Shown here in pieces: positions 23,840 through 36,900 of a stretch of 64,000 bases of DNA. The position numbers and the translations under genes are program-made. This DNA is from Octopus sinensis (taxonomy: Eukaryota): positions 76,074,001 through 76,138,000 of the forward strand of contig NC_042999.1 in assembly GCF_006345805.1 (NCBI RefSeq), read 5' to 3'. Position 1 is the first letter of the stretch. Each line of letters opens with the position of its first letter. Under the pieces are notes generated by a model. It did not search any database. It saw only the letters and a program-made list of their open reading frames with translations, and was not told the origin of the DNA.

Positions 23840-26800
23840 TTTCTTTCAAACAGAAAATAATTAAAAAAAAAAAGATATAAAAATACGCGGTATTCTATCT
23901 TTATAATCTTTATAATTTCGTCCTCCGTGCCTGCCACGCACTCTCTTTCTCTTTTTTACATTTCTATTTCTATCTCTCTCATACATTTTTATTATTTGTT
24001 ATCATTAGTGTTCTTTCAAACAGAAAATAATAATTAAAAAGATATAAAAATACGCGCTATTCTATCTTTATAATCTCTCCCTCTCTTTCTTACATTTCTA
24101 TTTCTATCTCTCTCGTCTCCCCATCCACCAGACCCTCTATTTCCGCTCTCACTCTCCCCTCCTCCCTCTCTCTCCCTCTGCAATCGTTTCTCTTTCTGCA
24201 TCTCTCTCAGATCAACTTTCTCTCACCTCACCCCCTCTCTCAGTTCCTCAACTTCACTCATTCTCTCTTGTATCTATATACCGCCCTCTTTCTCTCTCTC
24301 TCTCTGTTACTCCCCCTCCCTCTCTCTGCCTCTTTCCTCTCCGCTCCTTCACAGGTCAAAACCCTTTTCCTCTTCCCCTTCTGTCCCCTTATTTCTTTCT
24401 CTACACCACCCTCCCTGTCCCTTTACTACACTCTGTTGCGCCCCCTCTCTTCTCTTCCCCCCTTTTTTTCTTCTACCTTTCCTCTCCTGTTCCCTCTAAG
24501 GCTCACACCCCCCCCTGTCTCTTTTTTCCTCTCTCTGTCTCCTTCCTCACACACCACCCTCTCTGTCCCTTTACTTCACTCCCTGGTACCTCTATCCTGC
24601 CCTCTCTCCCTCTCCATTTCATCTCTCTCTTCCTCTCCATTTTATCTCTCCGCCTTTCTTCTCCCTGCCCCCCCTAGGGTCCACCCTCTTGTCTCACTTT
24701 TCCACCCTGTCCCTTTCTACTACACCTCTATCCCGCTCACTCTCCCCCTGCTGACCTGCCATTCTCTCACCTTTCTCTTTTTTCCCTCTTATTTTCTCTC
24801 TTTCTCTCTTCTCTCAGGAAAATCCCCTCGTCTCTCTCTCTATCCCCCCCTGGCTTTTCTCCCTCTCCATATCTCTCCTTCTCTATCTCTCTCTCTGTTC
24901 CTATATTTCACTAGAAGAAAATGGCAAGAAACTGGTCTGCGAGAGAGGTGCAATTGTTCGTCCGCGCTTGGAAGATCGCTGAGGACGACTCGCCGAACGA
25001 CATTATTGCTGCGGCGCTGAAAAGCAACAATTTTTCGAGAACCACCGCCCAGATAGCCAAGAAGAGAGAATTAGTCAGTTCCGTTCGTACGCTCTAATCA
25101 GGCAACATATGGACACCCTGGACATCATCCTGGGAGGTGACGGCAGCAGGGAGGCCAAAAGGATGAGGAAAGCATCCAGAGCCAAATGGAGAAGCCTGGA
25201 ACAAGGGAAACGATGACACATGTCCAGCTTCCAACACCACAACTGAAGACCAAAGAGGTGCGATGGCTGCAAGAAAGGAAAGGCACCCTGAATTGATGGG
25301 AAGCAGGAGGTAAAGGGTGACAGAATCAAGGCTAACGGAAGCCCTGCCCAGAGAAAGCAGAGGGACCCCAGCAAAAACTGTAAGGGCAGGGAAAGAAACA
25401 CCTGCAAATTCTACCTGAGGGGGGACTGCTGGTACGGCGTTGAAGGTGCAAACTGTCGCTTTGCACATCGGAGGCCTACCAAAACCGCACGGACGCGAGA
25501 CAGAGGTCCCTCCCTCAGGGAGAACAAAAACAAAAAGTTAAAAGAAGGGAAAAAAGCGCACTGACGACTACTGAAAGACGGTATGCAGATGTGGTGCGCG
25601 GAAACCCAACAGGTGGCCAGCTTCACCCAGATGTGAGAAGGGCGGCAGCTGAACAGCAGTCTTTTTGTGCATGGCACAAAAAATTGTTCAGCAGCTGACC
25701 TGGCTACAAGCACAAAGCTGGAACTACCACCACATAAGGCCACCTCCAACAGATGCAGGATGGCCACCACAGACACCAACACCAACACACACACCACAAA
25801 AATATTTCTACTGAATGTAGGAGGGCTGCTGCGCGGAAACTGTAAAAAGAAAATTTCATTCCTGAGAGACCTTGTGACATGCAATCAAGCTATATGCATG
25901 GCACTCACAGAAACGCATCTTGAACCCGATATAGGTGATGCAGAAATACACATGCCGCAATATGCAGTCATACGCACAGATAGAAAAGGGAGGAGCCATG
26001 GTGGAGTTGCAATGTACATCCGAGATGACCTCACGCCCCCAGGTCCTGCTGTCATATTCAAACTCAGTATGTGAAACTCAAATTGTACACATAAGACAAC
26101 TGAATATCGTCTTATGCACTACATATCGCCCACCAGACCGCGCCCCAAAACACTCAGGCATGTTTTGAGACTGCCTAACAAAATAGGAGGAGTCCTCACC
26201 AACCTTGAACAGCACAACAGTGTATTCTTCATGGGTGACTTTAACCTCCCCAATGTGGAATGGCCTGGGGGGCAGATGCTCCCAGGGATGACACACCATC
26301 AGCAGGCACAGGTGGAGTCCTGCTCCATCTCACAAATACCTCTTTCATGGAGCAAATAGTTCTGCTGCACCAACAAGGGCAGATAATATACTGGATCTCT
26401 GCTTTACAACAACATATGGATATTATCCATAATGTTAATGTGATGCCGACAATGATCTCGGATCACAAAACATAATGAGCTGTCTATGTATGGAACAAAA
26501 TCCCCCGCAGACACACAGCCCTATACGAAGCACCCACCATCTCTCCAACTTAAACTTTCATAAAGCCAACTGGAAGTCGATTGAGAAAGAGATCCTCAAC
26601 ATGGATTGGCCTGAATGTCTCTCCACAACGGACATAACATGAAACACAACACTTCATGTCCATAATACAAGCCATATGTGACAAATTGTCCCATGTGTCA
26701 GGGCAGGGCCAGCACACACAAGAACAAAAAGGATCCCTATAGAAAGGAGGATTCTTATGAGACGACGGACAAGGATTGCAAACCGCCTGAGCAGCACACC

Positions 26801-27384
26801 AAAAGTGGTGAGAAGTCTCGGCTCGAAGAATGCTAATGGAACTGAAAAAGTCTACATCAGTCCCATGAAAAGGAGAGAGCAGATAAAGAAGCTTGGGTAA
26901 TAGAAATATAAATCAACCCAAAGCTTTCTTTAAGTTTGCCAAGAGACAGCCACAGTGCAACCAGAGAATAGGACCTCTCTTCCAAAAAGATGGCTCTCTC
27001 AACAGGAAATCCCACGAGGATAAGTGAAATACTGAATGAACAGTTCCAAAGTGTGTTCACTACACCTCTAGGACACAGGCAAGTAAACAACCCAGAAGAA
27101 TTCTTTGCCACTTTACCAGCGACCAAAGAGAACAAAAATTGAGTACATCAACATCGAGAAGAATGATATCACACTAGCCATTGATGAGATTGACACAAAC
27201 TCAGCTGCTGGACCCTGATGGATTCCCAGCGATCCTTCTCAAATCGTGCAACGAGCCCTTGCAAACCGCTACAGCTTCTTTTCAGAGCTTCTTTCTTGCA
27301 AGTGGTAAGCTCCCAGTCAAAACTGAAGAGGGGGTAATATGCCCTATCCATAGGGAGGTAGCAGAGCAGATGCTAAATTATAGG
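23840..27384 (+). mobile_element. Second, more degraded LINE related to 16455-21180; runs into the assembly gap
   Basis: Homologous ORF1 (ATG 24921), APE (LTETHL, YRPP, GDFNLPNVEWP, SDH) and RT start (GPDGFPAILLK). Long pyrimidine-rich 5' region; the 5' limit is inferred from the end of the TA run. Confidence 0.88.
24921..25814 (+). pseudogene. Disrupted ORF1 paralog (Myb/SANT-like plus CCCH)
   Basis: MARNWSAREVQLFVRAWKIAEDDSPNDIIAAALKSNNFSRTTAQIAKKR; CKFYLRGDCWYGVEGANCRFAH at 25403-25468; RRYADVVR..AAAEQQSF conserved. Frameshifted. Confidence 0.8.
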
Positions 27385-27484
27385 NNNNNNNNNNNNNNNN
27401 NNNNNNNNNNNNNNNNNNNNNNNNNNNNNNNNNNNNNNNNNNNNNNNNNNNNNNNNNNNNNNNNNNNNNNNNNNNNNNNNNNNN
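27385..27484. other. Assembly gap (100 N, probably an unsized placeholder)
   Basis: Exactly 100 N; the LINE does not resume after it. Confidence 0.97.
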
Positions 27485-27817
27485 CTCCTAATTCACCCTG
27501 TTACAGAAAACGTGTCACCGATGACCCAGGCATGACCAATCTGTGCTATTCCTTGCAGACTGAGTGAACACGTGAAAGTTTCCGTATAAATTACCGTAAT
27601 AATGATGCCAGTACCGTTCACGCGCCTACTGCTGCTGTTATTATTGTGGTTGTTGTTTCGTGTATTCCCTGATTAACCCAAATCGTACAGGTCTACAATC
27701 AAAAGTATTCCAGCCTCGGCATTTCCGTTATTATTCCTTTTTGTTTTAAGGTTACATAGGGCAGCATTTTGGTTCCTGATCTAAGCGCAAGACCAGTGAT
27801 ATATAGAGATGCAGAAT

Positions 27818-27983
27818 AGTCGATACAACGAACCCATTACTTCACAGGTACATTTATCGACCCCACGGGTGGGGAGAAAAGACAAATTTGACCTCGAAGA
27901 GGGTTGAACTCAGATTGTAAAGAGCCGGAGAAAACTGTAAGGCTTTCTTCAACGCTCAAACGATTCAGCCAACTCACCCCCTT
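27818..27983 (-). mobile_element. tRNA-derived SINE (family A), diverged
   Basis: TTTATCGACCCC..AAAGACAAATTTGACCTCG..TTGAACTCAGA..CTCAAACGATTCAGCCAACTC matches 44639-44852. Confidence 0.7.
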
Positions 27984-28859
27984 TACGTAAAGTTACACAA
28001 TCTAGCATGTCCTGATTTATGTTAATAGAAGATAATTTGAAGGAAACGTAGCTGTTATTTTTAGCAAGAAAATCAGTGACATATTGTCCCCGACAGTATA
28101 TAAATGGTGGATCTTGTTGATGTTATTGATGCTACTGTTGGTATTTTTGTTTCAAGTTTGCAGTAGTTTATTTATGTGCGTGATTGGCTAGTATTAATAA
28201 TGTCGGCGTGTATGCATTTATAAGCGTGACGTCGTACAGCCACTTGTTGTTCGTGTTGTTGTTCTTGCTGTTGTTTATGTAACAGTTATTTCTTTCGTAC
28301 GCCATGCTTGTCACAGTTGTTGTTTCGCTTCCTATTTACTGGTTTTGCAGTTATTATATTTTCTACTGATCGTGTTATTGCAGTCGCTGTCGTTTCTGTA
28401 ATTATTGTTTGTTTTTTGTGGTGTGTGGTGGTGATGGTAGTGGGGAGCTGCCGGTGTTAATACTTGTGAATTTGATGAAGATGATGATGAGGAGAAGGAT
28501 GGTATTATTATTTCCCGAATTGCTGTTATCGATATGCCTTTTTTGTTTTCCTGTTAGGATTTTTTATATTAATACGTTTGAATGCTTGTGTGACCATTGC
28601 GTTGTTGTTGTATTTGATGTTGTTATAGTTGTGGTGATAGTCTGAAAATGTTATTACTACTTTCATCATCCTTTTCCCCCTGTCTTTGTTTATAATTTAC
28701 GTTTTTGTTGTTATTGTTAAAGTAACTAAAACTGCCCTAGTTATTATTTTATTGTTGTTCTTGTATGTAGGACGATAATCATGATGATGACGACGACAAC
28801 GAAGATGGTGAAAATGACGGTGATTATGACGATAAAGATGAAGGTGAGGATAATGATGA

Positions 28860-29970
28860 TTATTTCCATTAGTCTACCCCACAACAATCGTGGACCACGT
28901 CTCGAGAGATAACTTCCCACCAGGCTGTGAGAGATAACATTTCGCGTGCCAACTCTGAAACATTGCACAGTCCTATGACCCGCATCAATTCACGGACATA
29001 CAGGTCTAAAGGTCAGGCTTGAACGTCCTCACAGAGTTATAGAAAAAGAATCGCATTAACAGGTTGATTTGCTCGATGAAAACAGTAGCCTCAAAATTTT
29101 AACCGTCTTTGCTTGGCTGCCTGGCTGAAGAACGTTAAAGATCCATATATTGTATTGTTTGGTATAGTATAAGATCGGCATGAAAGACGTATAAGACCTT
29201 ACACAGAAATTAAGTGTCTGTATCGTCTGGTGATCGTTGTAGAACCACTGCAAGAGACCAGCATTTAGAGCCGTATGACAGAACATTTTCTATAGTAGTA
29301 CGAATTAGGCGTAGCTTGAGCTCACGTTATAGTTGTGGTGCTTACTAAATTTTCTATAACTTTTCGGATGCTGACCAAGTTTTAAATTTACGAATGCTAC
29401 AATCTGTGCTGGTAGAGTGAATGCGAAATCTCAGGCAGTAGAAATCGCCAACTGACTCATTTGGCCCCGATGAAAGTGTATTTTTACCAGTGATTATGAT
29501 CTTTTTCTTCCAGAGATTTATTGGGAAATCAACATCAATGGCAGCCGACTGAAGATTTTTAGGAGAATTTGAGCGTGTATGATTGTATGTAAAACGAGTG
29601 CGTTGTCATCTGCTAAACTAAGATCAACGAGTATGGTGCTGGACAACGTGAATTTTGGTGGGGTCAGAGAGTTATGTCTAGCTCAGACACTATAGCCTAC
29701 CGTAGTATGTTGTCGAAGATTATGATGTAAAGGAAAGAAGATAAGTTGTCTCCTAAGAGAACTCTTGCGTTGTCTGCGAATGTGTTACTATCTCTGCCAC
29801 GGATGCATAGGAATCTTTTGCATTCCCCATAGATAAAACAGTTATCATTTACAACTTCTTTTGGTATGTCATTCGCAGCATGAATCTGAAATATTCGAAC
29901 ATGGTCAAAACCACTAAGAACTCTAACTGCTGCTAAACAGCTAAAGACCGGCAAATTGTGTACCATAGTG
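28860..29970 (-). mobile_element. Old RTE-type LINE, 3' part (RT domains 3-7 and C-terminus)
   Basis: Minus-strand remnants VLLGDNLSSFLYIIIFDNILR (GVLQGD..LFI..D..LR), LADDNALV, LKLRLIRTTIENVLSYGSKCW and GRSSLT. Confidence 0.7.
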
Positions 29971-30049
29971 TTCCGCCGGAATGTTTTTCTATTTCATCCT
30001 ATTCTAAATTCTATTTAGATCACCTATCGAGCTCATCGAAATTCAAGCT

Positions 30050-30395
30050 GAACCGCATCATTCTTGTCCCATAAAGGGGTAGATATATCAGGATACGGCT
30101 CGTATCGTGACATTAGCCTGATGTCATGCTCAGCCAAACTCTTTAACCGTATCATGTTCAGTCGAATCGGAGACTCTATCGAAACAGTGCTCAGATCAAA
30201 CCAATACCGTTTCGTAAAGGCCGCTCCACCCTTGAAGGTATTTTGACTCATTAAAACATCTCAATGAAGAAAGATACGTCTTTGTGCGCCATCTTTGTAG
30301 ATTTTGCCAAAGCTTTTGACTCGGTTCTATAGCGAGCAAATGTTTCAGATATTCTTTGCCTTAGGCATAACGAATGAAATTGTAAATGTCATCCA
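30050..30395 (+). mobile_element. RTE-type RT fragment (domains 1-3), opposite orientation to the adjacent piece
   Basis: KGVDISGYGSYRDISLMSCSAKLFNRIM..NQYRF.K GRST..IFVDFAKAFDSV. Confidence 0.75.
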
Positions 30396-31189
30396 CTCTG
30401 ATGATTACGATAATGATGGGGTTGCCTTCCTAATTTCTGTTGTTTATTTTGTTCTTGCTGCTGTCCAAATCACCTTTGTTCTTCTTCTTTTTCTTCTCAA
30501 AAATAAACAAAGAAATTTATTACACACTTTCCGATTTTCTCTATAGTTACAGTTATCGTTCTTCTTTCATTCGAAGTGATATTCTGATTTTCAAAATCTT
30601 TTATATTTTTGTGATGTATAGATGTAGCATTGTAACTAAAGCCTTATACCCGTAAATATAGTTGTTCTTGTTGTTATTATTGTAACTCTCAAAGAAACGA
30701 TACGCGTACGTTTATACATACATTAACACACGCACACAGACACACATTCATATATGCATATATCTATGCATCTAACTCTTCTTTCTCTCACTTGATTTCT
30801 CTCTACGTACACACATACACACATATATGCATATGTGTGTGTATGCGTGCGCGACCGTGTGTGTTTGTGTGTTTGTGTGTGTGTACTTGTATGTATTTAT
30901 GTAAGGGAGGAACAATGTTCGAGTTAAAAATAATCACTTAGGAACAATTTAGAAATCGGTGATGCGAACGACCTTCGGTTCTGTAGAGTTAGCAATGCAA
31001 TGTAAGATAATTTAATGTCGCTTTGTTAGCTAAAAGCTTCCTGTGTGAAGATTCCATGTAGATTGCACAGGAATTCATACACAGATACAGACACATACAG
31101 ATACTTAAATACACAACCTCACGCACATACACATACAAACAATAAGGTCAACATATCTTCAAGCAATCAACTATCTCCTCGTCCTCTTT

Positions 31190-31272
<83 letters not shown>

Positions 31273-31574
31273 TTGAGTGTGTGTGTGTGTATGAGAATTT
31301 GTATATATATATATAAACCATACACATGCACACATTTGTAATATATAAATATGTGCGAATGTGTTGCGCAAGTGTGTGTGTAAGTTAAAATCCATCAATG
31401 TATATGTTCAAATAAAAAAAACACCATTCCACTGCACAGAATAAGATGATCACAGTAACCCACCTTGCATACAATCAATTTTATTATACCTTATTGAAAA
31501 AATAAGGTATCTCTTTTACTTTTTCTGCTTCTGTGCGTATATAGACTTACATACATGTGTGTATGTGTGTGTGT

Positions 31575-31584
31575 ATGCAAAGCC

Positions 31585-31619
<35 letters not shown>

Positions 31620-31620
31620 A

Positions 31621-31666
<46 letters not shown>

Positions 31667-31811
31667 CATATATATATTATGCATATATACATATATATTA
31701 TAGATATATAAATATATATTATACATATATATTAAACAATATATATATATATATACACTATATGTACATAAAGTATACACACACATACATATATATATTA
31801 TATATAATATA

Positions 31812-31865
<54 letters not shown>

Positions 31866-31910
31866 TATATATATCTAATATATATAATATCTATATATAT
31901 ATATATATGC
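31575..31910. repeat. (TA)n-rich microsatellite
   Basis: Seen directly. Confidence 0.9.
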
Positions 31911-32874
31911 AAGCACTATAACACCATAATGAGTACTGACATAATACAGAAGCGAGGGATATTGTTAAAACAAAGTTAAAAAAAAAAAACAGGAAAGATC
32001 TTGGATAGAAAATCACTGTTCTGGAAAATGTATTCTAGATTGTCTGCAGTGTTTAACTATCTTAATTTTATTTTCTCAACTACGCGTATGTGTGTGCATA
32101 TATATACATATATATACACGCATGTGTCTTGCTGAGATTAGTTATTAAACATTAAAGGAATCTGTCCTCCCACAAAAATTTCCGGTTGTGACATTATTTT
32201 TTGTTTAGCTTTCTCTCTTTTTTTCTCTATCTCTTTCCTCCCCCCTCTTTCTCTCTCTCTCCGTTTTTTCCACAAAAATTTCCGGTTTTGACATTATTTT
32301 TTGTTTAGCTTTCTCTCTCTCTCTCCCCCCCCTCTCTGTTTTTTTTTTTACAATTAATGATTTATTTTACTGTTTTCTAGTCAAAACGATAGTGATGTTT
32401 ATGCTGATGACTACGGTGATAATGAAGGTGAGGAAAAGGGTGAGGAGGAAGATCATGATCATTATGCCGATCATCATCATCATCGTAATCATAATAATCA
32501 TGATCAACACCATAGGAGTGGCAAAAGATGTTCTATACCCACTGTGGAAATCTACTGAATTCGTAGTGGTAATTGTAAGAATGGCCTGTGCTCATACATA
32601 CACTTAAAGAGCTGACCCTTCCCGTTGCTAACCAGAGGAATCAGGATGCTGAGGCATCTCTTTTATATTATGTATTTTTATATAATCCATGCCTGTATTG
32701 TTTCATAATCTTCCTTGCGTAAATGCTGAGTATATTTTGTAATTATTGCTTTTAATATATTCCCTTTATTAATTGTCCTTATGATAAATAACATTACAAT
32801 AATTTCGTTATGAAGCGAATGCTGCACGTAGCATATTTCTTTCTTTCGTTATTTATTTATTTATTTTCTCTATC

Positions 32875-32944
<70 letters not shown>

Positions 32945-33029
32945 CAACCAACAATTTGTCTGTCTGGCTGCCTCTCCATCGATCGAAATAGCTAGCTATC
33001 TGTCTGTCCGTCCAACCGTCAATCCATCC

Positions 33030-33108
<79 letters not shown>

Positions 33109-33137
33109 GATCTATCTATCTATCTATCTATCTATCA
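32875..33137. repeat. (CT)n and (ATCT)n microsatellites
   Basis: Seen directly. Confidence 0.95.
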
Positions 33138-33427
33138 ATGCCACTTTTTTCTTGCAGAAATCTTGCATCCAAGACATGAAATCTCCCTATTTCAGAATAT
33201 GAACTGTGTTCTATTCAGTGGACTAGTTGTTTTACTATTTCTAAACACTGTTTTAATATTCTATTGAGTCATGTCATCTTACGCTTGAGTTCAAGCGACG
33301 CCGAAGTGAACTTTGTATTGTATCCTTCCGATAACATAACGTAATTGTCAGGAACAGGAGACAATTGAATCGTTTGTCTACTCCTAGATTTCTGACCTTA
33401 GTTGCTACGTTTAAAACAACTTTTATT

Positions 33428-33830
33428 ATTGGTAGAATCGTTAGTGCGCCGGATAAAATGCTTAGCAGTGTTTCGTTCGAGTATATGCTGTAAGGATAAA
33501 AGGCTTCGGTGGAGCACTGGGCCCAATGTAATCGACTTTACCACTCATCCGAAATTGCAGGCCTTGTGCCAAAATTTGAAACTATTATTAGCATTATCAT
33601 TATTATTACTATTAAGGTGTCATGTTGGCAGAATTGTTACCATGGCGGACAAAATGCTTAGTGACATTTCTTTCGGCTTTGTTTTGAGTTCGAGTTTCGC
33701 CGAGATCTACTTTACCTTTCATCCTTCCCAGGTCTATAAAATAAGTACCAGCTGATCAATGAGGTTGATGTAATAGACGAGTCACCCACCCACCAAATTT
33801 CAAACCTTGTACCTATAGTAGACAGAATTA
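33428..33830 (+). mobile_element. Two tandem family A SINE copies separated by (ATT)n
   Basis: Heads TTGGTAGAATCGTTAG and TTGGCAGAATTGTTAC; tails GGCCTTGTGCCAAAATTTGAAACTATTATT and CCTTGTACCTATAGTAGACAGAATTATTATT. Confidence 0.75.
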
Positions 33831-33844
33831 TTATTAGGGATGTT

Positions 33845-34850
33845 AGCTTGAAATTTGGGAACAAACCTTCTCAAATATTTCTATGGATACTTGCAAAATA
33901 AAAGATGGTGCTTTTATGCATGTTGGCAGTATATGTCCCAATTCAAATAGTCTACAGCCTCCTAAGTAGAGGTTTGAGTATCATACCGACTGTAGAAATT
34001 ACCAAATAAACAATGTTGTGTATCACAATGTCTTTTTTAGTCTGACTAAGGCATGAAAGTTCTCAATTATCACAGTTCTTTTAACTTTAACTACACCATT
34101 ATTTAATAGGGCAAAGTTTATGATCTTACACCGTTTCGCATTTTTTTTTCTTCTCTCATTCATACGATCATATATGGTTTCTTGCTTCATTTGGAGAAAT
34201 CCCATAAAATCTTGTAATCATCACACAGTCGCAGCCTCTGGCTCATGTTCTTACTACTTTCCCATCAATCCGAATCTATGAATTTAGCTTACATCTCAAT
34301 GCAGCCTTTTACCGACACTCTTATGCCCGCATTTATATTCCTTTTCGGTCATCTTACTGCACTCACTAACGACATGATTGATACTTTCATCCCCTTTTCC
34401 ACACATTCTGCGTTTGCGTTCGCTGACTGAGTTTTATCAATCGTTTTCTTTATGAAATTCATTTCAATCACTTATTCCTGACCAGCTATAATCATCGATT
34501 CAGTTTCTTGTTTCAAGTTACCATCTCTCGATTGCAACAGCATTCTTCACTTTCAACATTCCCGATTTACTACGTAAACTGATCATGTATTTCCTTGTTC
34601 TTTTTTTTTTTCCAATGATTTCTAACGTTTTTCTTTCTGTTCTTGAGTACTGTCAATGTTTCAGTGACTTCTCCATTATTTCTGGTCGCAAAGTACCGAC
34701 GATGCCTTCTGCATTTAACAAACCACTATCTCCTCCCATTCTTAGGAGGTAAAACCTATCAATATTTCTTTTAGGCTGTTTTACGATAAGCATTTTGAAT
34801 GGCTTCCTAGTTCTATCGAAATCCAGTAGCTTTGTTATCATCATCATACT
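33845..34850 (-). mobile_element. Ancient R4/Dong-like RLE LINE relic
   Basis: Minus-strand remnants PKRNIDRFYLLRMGGDSGLL, GNLKQETESMIIAGQE..IKKTIDKTQ and CKIINFA, collinear with the 1823-2705 protein. The 3' end meets TAATAAT. Confidence 0.65.
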
Positions 34851-34907
34851 CATCTTCAACTTCATCATTATTAGCAGCAGCATTATCATTCCCATCGTCG
34901 TCGTTGT

Positions 34908-34958
<51 letters not shown>

Positions 34959-35463
34959 TCTTTTGACTGTTGTTTAGTAACCGAAATTATACACTAAAAT
35001 TAAGCTCACTGCCGACTGCGAGCATTTAATAGTTATAAATCTTGAAAGATTTATCTTTGTGTTTTATACCTTCCATCTAGGTTTAAATTTTATTTGTATA
35101 TTCATTTATTTATTCCTTTTAAAGATAAGTTGTCTATTATCATTTTTATGTCTGCTATCGCTGTAGAATCCTCGAAAACTGAATCATTGCGATTCGCTTA
35201 TGTCACATTGCTGACAAACAAATGTGGTACATTTCTCTTCATTAATTTCAGTAAAATCTTATAGAATATAATAACTGTTTTATACCATGTGAAACAGAAT
35301 AGGAAAACGTTGTGTGAGGTGTGAAGGTCCCAATGTTATATGTTTAAGCTACCTTCAAGTTAACCACCAAAGAAACAAAGCATAGAAAATAACCTCAGAA
35401 TAAAGCCAAAAACTATGTAATGAACGAACTGTTGTTATAGTGGTGGCCATTGTAGGAGTGAGT

Positions 35464-35557
<94 letters not shown>

Positions 35558-35585
35558 TATTATTATTATTATTATTATTATTATT
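35464..35585. repeat. (CTA)n-(TAA)n-(TTA)n microsatellite with a strand switch
   Basis: Seen directly; 35528-35585 is a perfect palindrome. Confidence 0.9.
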
Positions 35586-35648
35586 TATTCTTTTATTAGC
35601 CACATACAACATAAAAAAAATAGGACGATAGAAAGGGTTTATATATAG

Positions 35649-35733
<85 letters not shown>

Positions 35734-35734
35734 C

Positions 35735-35946
35735 GTTGGAGTTTGTGTGTGTATATGTTTGTGTGCCTGTGTTACTCCCCGCATCATCGCATGACAACCG
35801 ATACTGGTGTGTTTACGTCTCCGTTTCTTAGCGTTTCGGCAAAAGAGACCGATAGAATAAGTACTAGACTTACAAAGAATAGTCGATTCGCTCAACTAAA
35901 GACAGTGCTCTAGAATGGCCGCGATCAAGTAAAAGAATAAAAGAAT
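35735..35946 (+). mobile_element. Family C repeat, 3' part
   Basis: Homologous to 3143-3425. Confidence 0.7.
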
Positions 35947-36822
35947 ATGTTGATCTGAGGATTCCTAGAACCGTTTAAGTCTTATAGACTGCACTCCAAC
36001 ACCAACCATGATGTTCTTTTCTTTCTTCTTTCATTGATGTAAAGAAGACAACCTTATTTAATGGTTTTGCTACTTTTAAGAACATAAAGTATGACTTGAT
36101 AGACATTTGGTTGTTATTTCTGGCAAACCAAGATGATAACATGGACTGAATAAATGAATGATACCTCAAAATGATAGGTCTGTGTGTGTGTGTGTTCATA
36201 CTATAGAAGAACATTTGTTGATTTATTGTAATCTTCGCTTTCAGAGGACGTGTAACAACCACATTTTTACAATTGGAAACTATACTTACATACATATATA
36301 CATATATACATACATACATACATACATACATACATACATACATACATACATACATACATACGTACATACGTACAGACAGACAGGCAAACAGACACACACA
36401 AACACTCACATATACATACATACATATATACATACATATACACACACACATATATACATATATACAATGATGCATATATACTTATATAAGTACGTACGTA
36501 CTTTCGTACGTGCGTACCTAAGTATATCTGTCAGTGTGTATGGAAATGTATATGCTTGTTACTAACTAGCACTTATAAATATGTGTGTGTGTGTGTGTCT
36601 GCGTGTTTGTGTGTGCACACCAATTAGTTACATGCGTTTGCATATACGCCCATGTGTAGATCTAAGTGGTTATACCAAAGTAATTATTGTATGCTTGAAT
36701 AAGAACACTTGTATGTCACATGTGAATACATTTCTACCGGTGGGTCAGAGTGTTTGTGTATGTGTGCATTCACTAAAAATATACATGTTTGTATTTAAAC
36801 TTACTTGAACATTATGCATATA

Positions 36823-36900
<78 letters not shown>

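Noticed and set aside
24268-25020. 250-aa Leu/Ser/Pro/Phe-rich ORF
   Set aside because: Arises from the CT-rich tract, which lacks stop codons by composition; it overlaps the real ORF1 in another frame.
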